A DNA stretch of 64,000 nt from Pseudomonadota bacterium (GCA_027338645.1 DAHWSH010000052.1:28533-92532); one strand, 5' to 3'; positions 1 to 9,995 are shown, numbered from the stretch's first letter. Program-made: numbers and translations. The notes: generated from the sequence alone by a model not told the origin.

Positions 1-28
1 GACACCTTGGTGGATCCATAACGCGACC

Positions 29-622
29 TCAGCGAGAGAGGCTGGGCGGTTTTTTGGAAATCGGGTTTCCGTTTTTTTCATGACTGATTTCATTCACGAT
101 CTGCTCAATGCCATAGTACACTTTGGGTGAAATCTGATCTTTTGGATAATAGGATTCCACGAGATCGTAGAGTTCGTCTTTTCCCCGGATGCCCACTTCT
201 GCAATCAATGACTTGATGTCGTCCACATCGGTTTTTCCGTCCGGCTCGTCAATACGCATGGCCATACATTTCATTGCCAACAAATAAGATGCGGTTGGGA
301 TAAAGACCCGGATCCCTCCGTTTTCATGCAGATATTCCTTATACAGCTCATGCTGGCCTTGTCGAGATGCAAAACCTTTTACCGCATCGTTTATCCAGTC
401 CGCAGGCCATCCCTGTTCCTCCGCAATTTTTCTGGCTACCTGGTGAACATAAGCAGCATCACCACTCATGATGATATCCACATCTCGGGTTGCGCGACGG
501 AATTCCCACCGGAGCGCGATGGCAGAGCCCCCATAGACGGCAAGATCAATTGTCACGCCATCCTCGTTTGCCAGTTCGCCCAATCTTTTCAGACCTTTCT
601 CAATCTCGTCTCTATCCATCAC
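29..622 (-). CDS. Nucleotidyltransferase-fold protein (minimal NTase / AbiEii-like family), function unknown
   Basis: 197 aa ORF with the NTase signature G-S ... D-x-D (YGGSAIAL...RDVDII). Sits in a clearly lower-GC stretch than the rest of the window. GGAG Shine-Dalgarno 5 nt before the GTG start (ATG 3 nt later). No partner ORF is visible upstream. Confidence 0.5.
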   Translation of the reverse strand: MMDRDEIEKGLKRLGELANEDGVTIDLAVYGGSAIALRWEFRRATRDVDIIMSGDAAYVHQVARKIAEEQGWPADWINDAVKGFASRQGQHELYKEYLHENGGIRVFIPTASYLLAMKCMAMRIDEPDGKTDVDDIKSLIAEVGIRGKDELYDLVESYYPKDQISPKVYYGIEQIVNEISHEKNGNPISKKPPSLSR

Positions 623-972
623 AATTCTCCGTCATGTTCGGCTAATTTCAGAGCCTCTCGACTCGCATATGGAAAAACAGAGACAGAACCGTTCCACATA
701 TTGGAGAACCACCGAAGTTTCTGGTGGGCAGGTTACCATCTTAATTTATTGTCCGGGTTTCAGGGGCTACTACAGTGGACCCGATGCCATGAATCCGTCA
801 CAAAGGAATGGCCAGCGGTCGCCGGCGCGCGGGTAATAACCACCTGACGACCCGCTGCAAGGGAGCCCTGCCAGAGGTGAGGTGCTTTTCCGATTGACCG
901 ACCAGCTGGTGACCCATCCGATACGATAAGAGCCCGATCCGTGGTCCCGTCTTGTTCTTAACTGATTGATTT

Positions 973-1048
<76 letters not shown>

Positions 1049-1140
1049 ATCCGTAAATATCATAGCAAAGGAACGACCCTGATCGGGTTGGTAGTGGAGG
1101 GCCCCGCCCCGTTTGCTGGCTCAACAGGCGGGTCTCTGCT

Positions 1141-2016
1141 TCAGAGGGTCTCCACTTCCTCGTTCGAAGTTTTCTCTGAGGATCGGGCCGTTGCCTCGAG
1201 CACCCGCCGGTAGCGACGAAGGTCATGCACTGAGGAAAAGTTTTCGCCCAACACGTTACCCAGCTTGCGAAGGATGCTTTCCCCGACCCGGCTTTCCTGT
1301 CCTTCATCAAAGCGGATCTGGTGATTGAGCCACCGTTCCATCCACTCCGGATCTGGCAGACGGCTTTGCACCGTATCTTCGGGATAGTGCTCCTGGCTCA
1401 CGTGCAGGTTGGTGGGATGCATCGCGCGACCCGTCTTGCGGCTCGTCATGAGCACGCCGATCCGGGCAAAAGCCAGCCGTGAAGCATCTCCTTCCCGTTC
1501 AATCGCCCGCCTCATGTAACGCATGTAACAGGACGCGTGACGGGCCTCATCACCGGCGAGAAGTTCGTAGATCGTCCGGATGACCGGCTCGGTATGCCAC
1601 TCGGCGGCACACCGATACCAGGCCGTCAGCCGGATTTCGCCGCAGAAATGAAGCATGAGGGTTTCATGGGGCGGGGCTGGATCGAAACGGAAACGGACGG
1701 CATGAAGTTCCTCCTCGCTGGGCACGAGATCCGGCCAGAACCGGCGCAGGTATTCCATGAGCACCAATGCGTGCTTTTGCTCCTCGTAAAACCAGACGGA
1801 CATGAAGGCGCAAAAATCAGAATCACCGCTATTGTCGCGCAGGAACATCTCGGTAGCGGGGAGGGCCGACCACTCGGTGATCCCGTTCATCTTGATGGTC
1901 CGTGCCTGTTCCTCGGTGAGCCGCGCGGCCTCGAAGCGATCCCACGGCACCTCCCGCTCGAGGTTCCATCGAGCCTGTTCAAGCTGGCGGAAAAGCTCCG
2001 GATAAAGCATGGTCAT
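1141..2016 (-). CDS. Ferritin-like di-iron protein resembling acyl-ACP desaturase
   Basis: 291 aa. Two E-E-x-x-H / D-E-x-R-H motifs (EEQKHA, DEARHA) typical of acyl-ACP desaturase-type di-iron carboxylate proteins. Confidence 0.55.
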   Translation of the reverse strand: MTMLYPELFRQLEQARWNLEREVPWDRFEAARLTEEQARTIKMNGITEWSALPATEMFLRDNSGDSDFCAFMSVWFYEEQKHALVLMEYLRRFWPDLVPSEEELHAVRFRFDPAPPHETLMLHFCGEIRLTAWYRCAAEWHTEPVIRTIYELLAGDEARHASCYMRYMRRAIEREGDASRLAFARIGVLMTSRKTGRAMHPTNLHVSQEHYPEDTVQSRLPDPEWMERWLNHQIRFDEGQESRVGESILRKLGNVLGENFSSVHDLRRYRRVLEATARSSEKTSNEEVETL

Positions 2017-2080
2017 TCCTCATCAGTGTTGTGGGATCACCGGGATCGATCCCGGCTTGATCCTTCATAGTGATTACGCA

Positions 2081-2123
2081 ACAAAAAAGCCAGTGGATGC
2101 ACCGGCAGACTGGCCCTCACTGG
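2081..2123 (-). terminator. Putative intrinsic terminator after the SDR gene
   Basis: On the minus strand, a 6-bp stem CCAGTG...CACTGG with extra internal pairing starts at the SDR stop codon and is followed by CTTTTTTGTT. Confidence 0.4.
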
Positions 2124-2860
2124 CCCATTTTTCCCATCAGTGACTGATAAACGCGGTTCGGCAAGATTCTAAGTAATTTCAAACTCATGACCATCGGCCA
2201 CGGGAAGGCAATTTCAAAGCTCCGCCGCGGCAAGGCCCGGACGATCCGTCGAGCCGCCTCGTCCGCTTCCATGAGGAAAGGCATGGGAAAGCGGTTTTTC
2301 GCCGTGAGGGGTGTGCGCACGAAACCCGGGTTGATGACCCGGATGCGGACGCCGGTCGGTTTGAGTTCAACCGCCAGCGTTTCAGCCAGGCTGATGAGCG
2401 CGGCTTTGGTGGGACCATACGCCCCGGCCTTGGGCAGCCCCCGGTACCCTGCAATCGAGGCGGTGATGAGAACCTGTCCCGAACCCGCCTGAATCATGGG
2501 CGGAAGGACCACAGCCAGACACTCGATCACTCCGAGATAGTTGACCCGGGTCACCTCTTCGTAGGCACGGGGATCGATGAGATCCCGGGAGAGTTCGTAC
2601 TTACCGACATTGAGAAAACAGTAGTCGAGCCCGGGCAGGCGGGAAAAAACCGTAGCGGCGGCAGCCTCGACGGAGCTACGGTCGCGGACGTCGATCGGAA
2701 CCGGGATAATCGCACCCGGCACCGGAGATTCACGCGCCAGAGTCTCAAGCTTGTCCACGCTCCGGGCGCTCACCACAACCGAATGCCCGGCACGGGCCAG
2801 CTTGTATGCGAGGGCAGCCCCGATCCCGGTACTCGCGCCGACGATCCACGTATGAGGCAT
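2117..2860 (-). CDS. Short-chain dehydrogenase/reductase (SDR) family oxidoreductase
   Basis: TGASTGIGAALA Rossmann motif right at the chosen ATG (MPHTWIVGASTGIG...). The ORF track extends the frame to 3232, but that N-terminal part has no SDR signal and would overlap the divergent gene. Confidence 0.75.
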   Translation of the reverse strand: MPHTWIVGASTGIGAALAYKLARAGHSVVVSARSVDKLETLARESPVPGAIIPVPIDVRDRSSVEAAAATVFSRLPGLDYCFLNVGKYELSRDLIDPRAYEEVTRVNYLGVIECLAVVLPPMIQAGSGQVLITASIAGYRGLPKAGAYGPTKAALISLAETLAVELKPTGVRIRVINPGFVRTPLTAKNRFPMPFLMEADEAARRIVRALPRRSFEIAFPWPMVMSLKLLRILPNRVYQSLMGKMGQ

Positions 2861-3004
2861 GGGTGCCCGATCTGGATGGACAGTGGCTATTCTACCCGCG
2901 GATCCGGCTCCAGGTGACCTGAACCCAAGCTCACTGACCTCAACCGGAATGCATCCAAACGAGCCTGGAGTGCGTACCGAACTTGTCCCACCTCCGGATC
3001 TCCC

Positions 3005-4372
3005 ATGACCGAGCCTGACCCGATCGCCCAACCCCAACGCATTGCCGTGATCGGAGGAGGGATCTCCGGACTCGCGACTGCCTGGATCTTGGCTCAACGG
3101 CACGAGGTCACGCTCTACGAGCGGGAACATCGCCTGGGAGGGCATAGCCAGACCCTCGCCTGGCCCACACCCCAGGGGCCACTCGGACTCGACTGCGGGT
3201 TCATGGTCTACAACACGCGGAACTACCCACATTTGACCCGGATCCTCGCGTGCTTGGGGATCGAGACCCAGCCCACGGACATGTCTTTCTCGGTCCGCTT
3301 CGCTGACAGCGGTTTCGAATGGGCCGGCTCGGGCTGGCGCACTTTTTTTAGCTCACCCCAAGGTCTCCTCGATCCGCTCCGCTGGAGGCTCCTTCGCGGG
3401 ATCCTCGCCTTCGGGCAGAAGGCACGGGGGGTGTTGGCCCAAAATACTCTCTCGGCTGACCTCACGCTGGGGGATTTTCTCGATGCGATCGGGACGGAGT
3501 CGGTCGTGACTGAACGCTACCTCTTGCCCATGGCGGCATCAATCTGGTCGGCCCCTTCGGCATCCCTTCTCGACCACCCCGCCCGGGCACTGATCCAGTT
3601 CCTGGACCATCACGGCCTCCTCAAACTCTGGGGCCGACCACGTTGGCGGTCCATCCCGGGAGGCTCCATCCGTTACGTGCAGGCGCTCCGGCGCGAGATC
3701 CGAGCTTCTTGGCGTCTAGGCGATGCCGTGACCCGTCTCGTTCCTCAGGGCCATGAGGTCACTCTCCTCACCGCGAAAGGCGGAAGTGAAACTTATGACC
3801 GGGTCGTTTTGGCCTGCCATGCGGATCAGGCATATACCCTCCTCGATCCGGCCTGTCGTGCCCGCAGTTGGCTCCAGCACTTCTCGACTGTCCGCAATCG
3901 GGCCTGGGTCCACCAGGACGGAAGCCTCATGCCGGCTCGGCGCACACTTTGGTCATCCTGGAATTTCTTTGCGGACACGCCCGATCTCGAAAGCCAGCCG
4001 ATCGCGATCACCTACTGGCTGAATCGCCTTCAGCGCCTGGCCACCCCCGAACCCTACTTTGTCACGTTGAACCGGGAGCCACGCTCCGGATCCATACTAT
4101 CGGAGATGGAGTTCGAACATCCCTGCTATCGTCTCGAGACCCTGCGTGCCCAAGCGGAGGCGGCCCACTGGCAGGGCCATGACCGGCTCTACTATGCCGG
4201 TGCCTGGCTGGGATCCGGCTTCCACGAAGACGGTGCCGCCTCAGCAGCCGCCCTCGCTTCCTGTTTCAGACTCCCCCTCCCGTGGAACCGGGAAACAGCG
4301 ATCCCGGTGACGATCTCCAACCCCCCCTTCACCCCGGCCCTACCTGGCCCAGCTGTCGATGCCGATGCCTGA
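3005..4372 (+). CDS. NAD(P)/FAD-dependent oxidoreductase (amine-oxidase-like flavoprotein)
   Basis: 455 aa. N-terminal dinucleotide-binding motif IAVIGGGISGLATA...LYERE.RLGG. Usual partner of DUF1365 and CFA synthase. Confidence 0.75.
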   Translation: MTEPDPIAQPQRIAVIGGGISGLATAWILAQRHEVTLYEREHRLGGHSQTLAWPTPQGPLGLDCGFMVYNTRNYPHLTRILACLGIETQPTDMSFSVRFADSGFEWAGSGWRTFFSSPQGLLDPLRWRLLRGILAFGQKARGVLAQNTLSADLTLGDFLDAIGTESVVTERYLLPMAASIWSAPSASLLDHPARALIQFLDHHGLLKLWGRPRWRSIPGGSIRYVQALRREIRASWRLGDAVTRLVPQGHEVTLLTAKGGSETYDRVVLACHADQAYTLLDPACRARSWLQHFSTVRNRAWVHQDGSLMPARRTLWSSWNFFADTPDLESQPIAITYWLNRLQRLATPEPYFVTLNREPRSGSILSEMEFEHPCYRLETLRAQAEAAHWQGHDRLYYAGAWLGSGFHEDGAASAAALASCFRLPLPWNRETAIPVTISNPPFTPALPGPAVDADA

Positions 4373-5162
4373 GGTCCCGCCCGCCGTCGCGCTCTACGAC
4401 TCCTGGGTCACCCATGAGCGCCGGACATCCCCCCGCAAACGCTTCCGCCATCATCTGCCCCGCCTGCTCATCGACCTCGACCGCCTTTCGGAACTGCCGG
4501 GCTACGGGATCCGTCTCAATGCCCGAGGTCCAGTCAGCTTCTCCGAGCGTGACCATGGTCCTCGCGACGGTCGCCCGCTCAAACCCTGGATCTTGGCCCG
4601 TCTCGCCGAAAACGGCCTCGCGATTCCGGGCGGTCGGGTCGAGCTCTGGACCTATCCTCGCATCTGGGGTTATGTGTTCAACCCGCTCAGCCTCTGGTAC
4701 TGCCATGACGCAGGCGGTCTACTTCGCACCGTGGTCCTTGAGGTCCGGAATACCTTCGGCGAAACCCATTTTTACCTGATCGGCAGTGGCGAACCCCTGC
4801 CTTCCCGGCTCCGCTACCAGGCAGCCAAATCCTTCCATGTCTCGCCCTTCCAACCCCTCTCCGGTCAGTACACTTTCACGCTCATCCACTCCCTCACCCG
4901 TCGGATGATCCGGATCGACTACAGAGGCACGGGAGGCTCCCGGCTCCTGGCCTTTGAGACGGCACGCCCGTCCCCGGTCCCGGTGGCCCGTGCACTCAGA
5001 AACTGGGCATGGTTTGCCCCGTGGACCACGATCGGGGTCACGCTCGCGATCCACAGTCATGCCCTAGACCTGTGGCGCAGAGGAGCCGAATTCTTCCACA
5101 AACCGCCGCCCCCGGAGTGGCCCTGGACCCGTGGAGTCGAACTTCGGAAAGGTGGAGACTGA
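4359..5162 (+). CDS. DUF1365 family protein
   Basis: 267 aa with the family's characteristic N-terminal region (RHHLPRLLIDLD, YPRIWGYVFNPLSLWYC). Overlaps the upstream gene by 14 nt and the downstream gene by 1 nt (TGATG). Confidence 0.7.
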   Translation: MPMPEVPPAVALYDSWVTHERRTSPRKRFRHHLPRLLIDLDRLSELPGYGIRLNARGPVSFSERDHGPRDGRPLKPWILARLAENGLAIPGGRVELWTYPRIWGYVFNPLSLWYCHDAGGLLRTVVLEVRNTFGETHFYLIGSGEPLPSRLRYQAAKSFHVSPFQPLSGQYTFTLIHSLTRRMIRIDYRGTGGSRLLAFETARPSPVPVARALRNWAWFAPWTTIGVTLAIHSHALDLWRRGAEFFHKPPPPEWPWTRGVELRKGGD

Positions 5163-6472
5163 TGGAGCCTGAGCGGAAGGAAAAGCGCCTGCCCTGGCTA
5201 CTGAGACCGCTCGGACGCTTCTTGGACTCGCTCTCGGCCGGTTCCCTCACCCTCTCCCTGCCGGACGGGCGGAGCTGGCACTATGGCCCGGCTTGGAAGT
5301 CCGAGCCCAAAGCCACGCTCCATATCCGGCATCCGGTTCGGTTCATGTCTCGTCTGACCCGGGGCAGTCTGGGACTTGCCGACGCTTATCTCGCCGCCGA
5401 CTGGGACTCCCCCGACCTTGCGGTCTTGCTTGAGCTTTTGGACCGTACCCAAACCGAAAAACCGCACGGCCGGGGCCGCCATCGTCCGTTTGCACTCCTG
5501 GATCGGATCGAGCTGGCACTCCGCGGCAATAGTCTGGCGGGTAGCCGACGTAACATCGGAGCCCACTATGACCTCGGCCTCGATTTTTTCGAATCCTGGC
5601 TCGACCCTACCCTCTGCTACTCCTGTGCCCATTTCGATCCCGACCGGCCGGACGAGGAACTCGAAACCGCCCAGCGACGCAAGATCCGCCACATCTTCGA
5701 ACGCCTGGATCCGGCTCCTGGCACACGGCTGCTCGAGATCGGATCCGGCTTCGGAGCCTTCGCGCTCGAAGCCGCCGAACGCGGCCTTTCGGTCGACAGT
5801 CTGACCCTCTCGAAGACCCAACTGGATTACGCCCAGAGGCAGGCCCGGGTGCGGGGACTCGAGGCGCGTGCGCACTTCGATTATCGCGACTACCGTCTCA
5901 GCCAGGGTGACTACGACGCCGTGGTCTCGATCGAAATGTTCGAGGCCGTGGGCGAGCACTACTGGCCCACCTATTTCCGGGTACTCCGGGATCGCCTGAA
6001 AGCGGGCGGCAAGGCCGTACTCCAGGTCATCACCATCGATTCTGCGGCCTACGCCGATTACCGGAGGCAACCGGATTTCATCCAGCTCCGGGTCTTCCCC
6101 GGAGGCATGCTCCCGACCTGGGGTCACCTCGAGCGCCTGGCAACCGAGACCGGCTTCAGCATCCGGGATCCCGACTTCCGGGGCGCGGACTACGCCCGCA
6201 CGCTTGGGTTCTGGCTCGAGTCCTTCGATCGCGCATGGCCCACTCTCGCCCGAAGGGGCTATCCTGCCCGGCTGGGACGGCTCTGGCGCTATTACCTGGC
6301 TTACTGCAGGGCCGGCTTTGAGACCCGGCGGGTCGATCTGGTCCAGTTCACCCTGGAGGCACAGTACTCCTCTCCAAAGGAAGCGGATCCGGTTCAGCCA
6401 GCCGGTACCCCACCCCGGATTCGGTTAAAAGATAGCGCGGCGCCCCCGGATCGACCTCGATCTTCTTCCTGA
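5162..6472 (+). CDS. cfa: Cyclopropane-fatty-acyl-phospholipid synthase family SAM-dependent methyltransferase
   Basis: 437 aa from the ATG that overlaps the DUF1365 stop. SAM-binding motif LLEIGSGFGAFALEAA. The CFA-synthase-like C-terminus (VDLVQFTL) is followed by an unusual ~40 aa tail. Confidence 0.8.
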   Translation: MEPERKEKRLPWLLRPLGRFLDSLSAGSLTLSLPDGRSWHYGPAWKSEPKATLHIRHPVRFMSRLTRGSLGLADAYLAADWDSPDLAVLLELLDRTQTEKPHGRGRHRPFALLDRIELALRGNSLAGSRRNIGAHYDLGLDFFESWLDPTLCYSCAHFDPDRPDEELETAQRRKIRHIFERLDPAPGTRLLEIGSGFGAFALEAAERGLSVDSLTLSKTQLDYAQRQARVRGLEARAHFDYRDYRLSQGDYDAVVSIEMFEAVGEHYWPTYFRVLRDRLKAGGKAVLQVITIDSAAYADYRRQPDFIQLRVFPGGMLPTWGHLERLATETGFSIRDPDFRGADYARTLGFWLESFDRAWPTLARRGYPARLGRLWRYYLAYCRAGFETRRVDLVQFTLEAQYSSPKEADPVQPAGTPPRIRLKDSAAPPDRPRSSS

Positions 6473-7079
6473 GCTGGGCCATGTAGATCCGGACGTAATG
6501 GTTGGCGCGCGCGTGATGCGGTCCCCATACCGCAGTCAGGAGCTGGCGATGGGTCATGACCTTGCCCCGCTCGTGGATCAGGACACAGAGGAGCCGGTAT
6601 TCGATCGGGGTCAGATGGACTTCCGCCCCCCGGACCCAGACGCGCCGGTGTTCAAGATCCACGCGCCATTCTGCCGTCGCAAAGGCGGTTTCCTGGCCCG
6701 TGGGATCGCGGTGAAGACGCCGCATGACGGAACGGATGCGAGCCATGAACTCGGCGACGCTGAACGGCTTGGTCAGATAGTCATCCGCACCCGCGTCCAA
6801 GGCCTGGATCTTGACCGACTCCGCGGTGCGTGCCGTGAGGACGATCAGGGGGACCTGGCTCCAGGCCCGAAGCTGCCCGAGGACCTCCATGCCATCCAGT
6901 CCCGGCAGGCCGAGATCCAGGATGACGAGATCCGGGCGCCAGTTCGCGGCGCGAACCAGACCCAGGTTTCCGTCCGGAGCCATCTCGACCTGCCACTGCT
7001 CCAGGGTCAGGCTGATCCGGATCAACCGGGCGATTTCCGGCTCGTCCTCAATGATGAGGCATCGGGGATGACCCGTCAT
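6348..7079 (-). CDS. kdpE: KdpE-like OmpR-family response regulator
   Basis: Receiver domain (CLIIEDEPEI...VILDLGLPGLDG...DDYLTKPF) plus winged-helix output domain. Start taken at MTGHPRCLIIEDE. Overlaps the 3' end of kdpD by 32 nt, as is typical. Confidence 0.8.
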   Translation of the reverse strand: MTGHPRCLIIEDEPEIARLIRISLTLEQWQVEMAPDGNLGLVRAANWRPDLVILDLGLPGLDGMEVLGQLRAWSQVPLIVLTARTAESVKIQALDAGADDYLTKPFSVAEFMARIRSVMRRLHRDPTGQETAFATAEWRVDLEHRRVWVRGAEVHLTPIEYRLLCVLIHERGKVMTHRQLLTAVWGPHHARANHYVRIYMAQLRKKIEVDPGAPRYLLTESGVGYRLAEPDPLPLERSTVPPG

Positions 7080-9798
7080 GGGCTTCTTGCTCCGCCAGAG
7101 GAAGAGGGGGTGAATCCGGGGTGGGCAGTGCGATCTCGAACTGAGCCCCCCCATCGGGTGCGGTCGCGGCGGTGATGAGGCCGCCATGGGCCTGAACGAT
7201 GGCTTGCACGATGGCCAGGCCAAGTCCCACCCCGCCATTCGTCTTCTGGGAATCACCTTGCACAAAGGTCGAAAAAATCCGGTTGCCGAGTGCGGAGGGG
7301 AGACCGGGACCCTGATCTCGTATCTCGATCCGGACCTCTTGCATCTCACGGATGGCATGGATCCGGACCGGAGTCCCGGCCGGGGTATGCCGGGCGACGT
7401 TCTCGAGCAAGTTGACGAAGACCTGTTCGAAGAGGCTCCCATCGACCGAGACCCAGAGCAGGGTCTGGGGCAGCACCACGCTCACCGGATGGTCCCCGAG
7501 ACGCTCCTTGAGGTGGGATAAAGCCGCTCCGATGATTTCCTCAAGGGGGAACCACTGGCGGTTCAACTCGACGGCCCCCGCCTGCCAGCGGGCCATCTCG
7601 AGGATGTTGTGGGCCCGTTCCGACATGCGACGTGCCTGGTCCCGGATGTCATGGGCGAGCCGGGTTCGGGTCTCGGGATCCAGGGTGGGTGTCGGTCCAG
7701 CCAGGATTTCCGCGGCACCGATAATCGAGGCCAAGGGGGTGCGGATATCGTGGGAGATGCTGCTCAGGAGCGAATTCCGGATTTTTTCCGTCTTGACCTC
7801 GAAACGCGAGAGCTCGGTCTCGTGGATCAGCTGGAAGCGCTCGAGCGCCAGGGCGACCTGTCCGGCACAGGTCCTGAGCAGACGTCGTTGTTCGGGCGCA
7901 TAAGCCCCACCTGGAGGGTCCGGCTCCACGGCCAAAACCCCGATGATGCGTGAGCTGCCGAGCGGCAGGTACAACACGGAAGAGCCCGGCAGCGTGTCGG
8001 TCCCGAAACCCGCCTCCTCACGGTGCCGGTACACCCACTGGGCCAGGGCGAGATCGGGATGTTGGAGGGAGCGTTCAGGCGGCAGCGGAGACAGGCGCAA
8101 GGTACGGCCCGTCTCCGAGCCGGCAATGAAAAAGGCGATACGGCTTCCGGTTTCCTGACCCAGATGGTGGGCCGCGAGTTCCAACACCTCCTGCTCACTG
8201 CGCGCAGCCGCGAGCGACTGACTCAGGGCATAAAGGGAGGCCATGCGCCGTTCCCGCTCGACTGATCGACTGGCCTGTTCCCGGGCATCGATCGTGAGCT
8301 GACTGATCACGAGTCCCACAATCAGCATGACACCAAAGGTGATCATGTACTGGACATCGCTCACCGCAAAGCTCAAAACCGGCGGCACGAAAAAGAAGTC
8401 AAAAGCCAAAACACCCAGAACCGAGGCCAAAATCGAGGGGCCCCGCCCGAAAAAAAGTGCCGTTGCAAGAACGGCCAGAAGATAAATCATCACGAGGTTG
8501 GACAGGTTGATCTGTCCGTAGAGCACCCCGGCCAGGATCGTGGACGCAAAAACCAGGAGAAAGGCCCCGAGGTACGGTCGTGAGAGGAGTTCCGGCTGCC
8601 GGGCACGGGTGTGAGCGGGTTTCTGAAACGATGAAGCCTCTCCTTTTCCGGATGGGATTTCCGCATTGACGACATGGATGCCGATGTTCCCGCTGCCTTG
8701 GACGATGGCATCCACCACCGATCCGAAAATCCAACGGCGCCAGCCCTGGCGGCGGGGCTTGCCCAAAACGATCTGGGTCACATTGCGGACCTGGGCGTAG
8801 GTCAGAACCTCCGCGCTGAAATGCCGGCCGCCCGGGATCGTGATGACCTCGGCCCCCAGGCTTTGAGCCAGCCGGAAAAGAGCGGACAAAGACTGCCGGT
8901 ACCGTGTCGGTGGCTCGGGTTCAGGGCCCTCCGGTTGGATGTGCACGACGATCCATTCGGCGCGCAAAGCGTCCGCCATGCGCTTGCCGACCCGGACCAG
9001 CCGCTCGCCGAGTTCACCGGGAGGCAGGCAAACCAAGATTCTCTCGCGCGCCGGCCAGATCTGGTCGATGGCATGATGTTCGCGGTATTCGCGCATTTCC
9101 ATATCGACGCGATCCGCCGCATAGCGCAGGGCGACTTCGCGGAGCGCAATGAGGTTCCCCTTGCGGAAAAAATGTTCACGGGCGGACTCGATCTGACCGG
9201 CCAGGTAGATCTTGCCCTCCTCAAGGCGTCTGAGCAGTTCATCGGGGGGCAGGTCAATGACCTCGATCTCATCCGCTTTCTCGAACACCGAATCCGGGAC
9301 CGTCTCGCGGACGCGGATACCCGTGATCTGTCGGATGATGTCGTTCAGGCTCTCCACATGTTGGACATTAACCGTCGTGAGGACGTCAATGCCGGCATTC
9401 AGTAGTTCGACCACATCCTGCCACCGCTTTGGGTGGCGTGATCCTGGCGCATTGTGATGCGCGAGTTCGTCGACCAATAAGAGATCCGGCGCCTGGGCGA
9501 GCGCGGCGTCCAGATCAAACTCGAGGAGACTGACCTCTTGATGACGGCGCGGACTCAAGGGCAGTCTCGGCAGGTCTTGCAGGAGGGTTTCCGTTTCCCC
9601 CCGTCCATGCGTCTCGACGATCCCGACCAGCACCCGCCGTCCCGATTTCTGGATCCCATGGGCCGCCTGGAGCATGGCATAGGTCTTTCCGACACCGGCT
9701 GCGGCACCCAGAAAGATCTTGAGCTGACCCCTCTCCTCGCGGGACTCGTCTTCCGTGACCCGTTTCAGGATCAGGTCCGGGTTGGGTCGATCGTTCAT
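7048..9798 (-). CDS. kdpD: KdpD-like sensor histidine kinase (KdpD N-terminal domain, Usp, 4 TM, GAF, HisKA, HATPase)
   Basis: 917 aa from MNDRPNPDL. Has the KdpD N-terminal P-loop region (LKIFLGAAAGVGKTYAML), H-box SISHDIRTPL, and G-boxes near the C-terminus. Confidence 0.85.
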   Translation of the reverse strand: MNDRPNPDLILKRVTEDESREERGQLKIFLGAAAGVGKTYAMLQAAHGIQKSGRRVLVGIVETHGRGETETLLQDLPRLPLSPRRHQEVSLLEFDLDAALAQAPDLLLVDELAHHNAPGSRHPKRWQDVVELLNAGIDVLTTVNVQHVESLNDIIRQITGIRVRETVPDSVFEKADEIEVIDLPPDELLRRLEEGKIYLAGQIESAREHFFRKGNLIALREVALRYAADRVDMEMREYREHHAIDQIWPARERILVCLPPGELGERLVRVGKRMADALRAEWIVVHIQPEGPEPEPPTRYRQSLSALFRLAQSLGAEVITIPGGRHFSAEVLTYAQVRNVTQIVLGKPRRQGWRRWIFGSVVDAIVQGSGNIGIHVVNAEIPSGKGEASSFQKPAHTRARQPELLSRPYLGAFLLVFASTILAGVLYGQINLSNLVMIYLLAVLATALFFGRGPSILASVLGVLAFDFFFVPPVLSFAVSDVQYMITFGVMLIVGLVISQLTIDAREQASRSVERERRMASLYALSQSLAAARSEQEVLELAAHHLGQETGSRIAFFIAGSETGRTLRLSPLPPERSLQHPDLALAQWVYRHREEAGFGTDTLPGSSVLYLPLGSSRIIGVLAVEPDPPGGAYAPEQRRLLRTCAGQVALALERFQLIHETELSRFEVKTEKIRNSLLSSISHDIRTPLASIIGAAEILAGPTPTLDPETRTRLAHDIRDQARRMSERAHNILEMARWQAGAVELNRQWFPLEEIIGAALSHLKERLGDHPVSVVLPQTLLWVSVDGSLFEQVFVNLLENVARHTPAGTPVRIHAIREMQEVRIEIRDQGPGLPSALGNRIFSTFVQGDSQKTNGGVGLGLAIVQAIVQAHGGLITAATAPDGGAQFEIALPTPDSPPLPLAEQEAHDGSSPMPHH

Positions 9799-9995
9799 GA
9801 CCGATTCCCGACTCCCGGCAGCGGCCGGTTCCGCATGAATACCCCCCACCCAAAGTTGATTGCCGATCCGTGGGCTTCCGCCCACCGTCAGGTCATGTCC
9901 CCCCTATTTTCCCTCAAAGTGACCCCGGCTGCGGTACAAGACTGGAAAACGTCCCAACCCCCTCCTCGGGTACATCCCACAGAGGGTCCGGGGAG

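Noticed and set aside
7-14. 8-mer TTGGTGGA at the window start that matches the complement of the tRNA-Ala 3' end (971-978), a possible att direct repeat
   Set aside because: Only 8 to 9 matching bases, which is expected by chance once in 64 kb. Not enough to call an att site without sequence left of the window.
5198-6127. 309-aa ORF antisense to the CFA-synthase-like gene, and many similar long antisense ORFs elsewhere (for example 13525..14424, 14232..15950, 15775..17526, 17614..19092, 25971..27278, 39156..40781, 54289..56235, 62812..63936)
   Set aside because: These are high-GC shadow ORFs. They lie entirely inside well-supported genes on the other strand and have low-complexity R/P/G-rich translations with no recognisable motifs.
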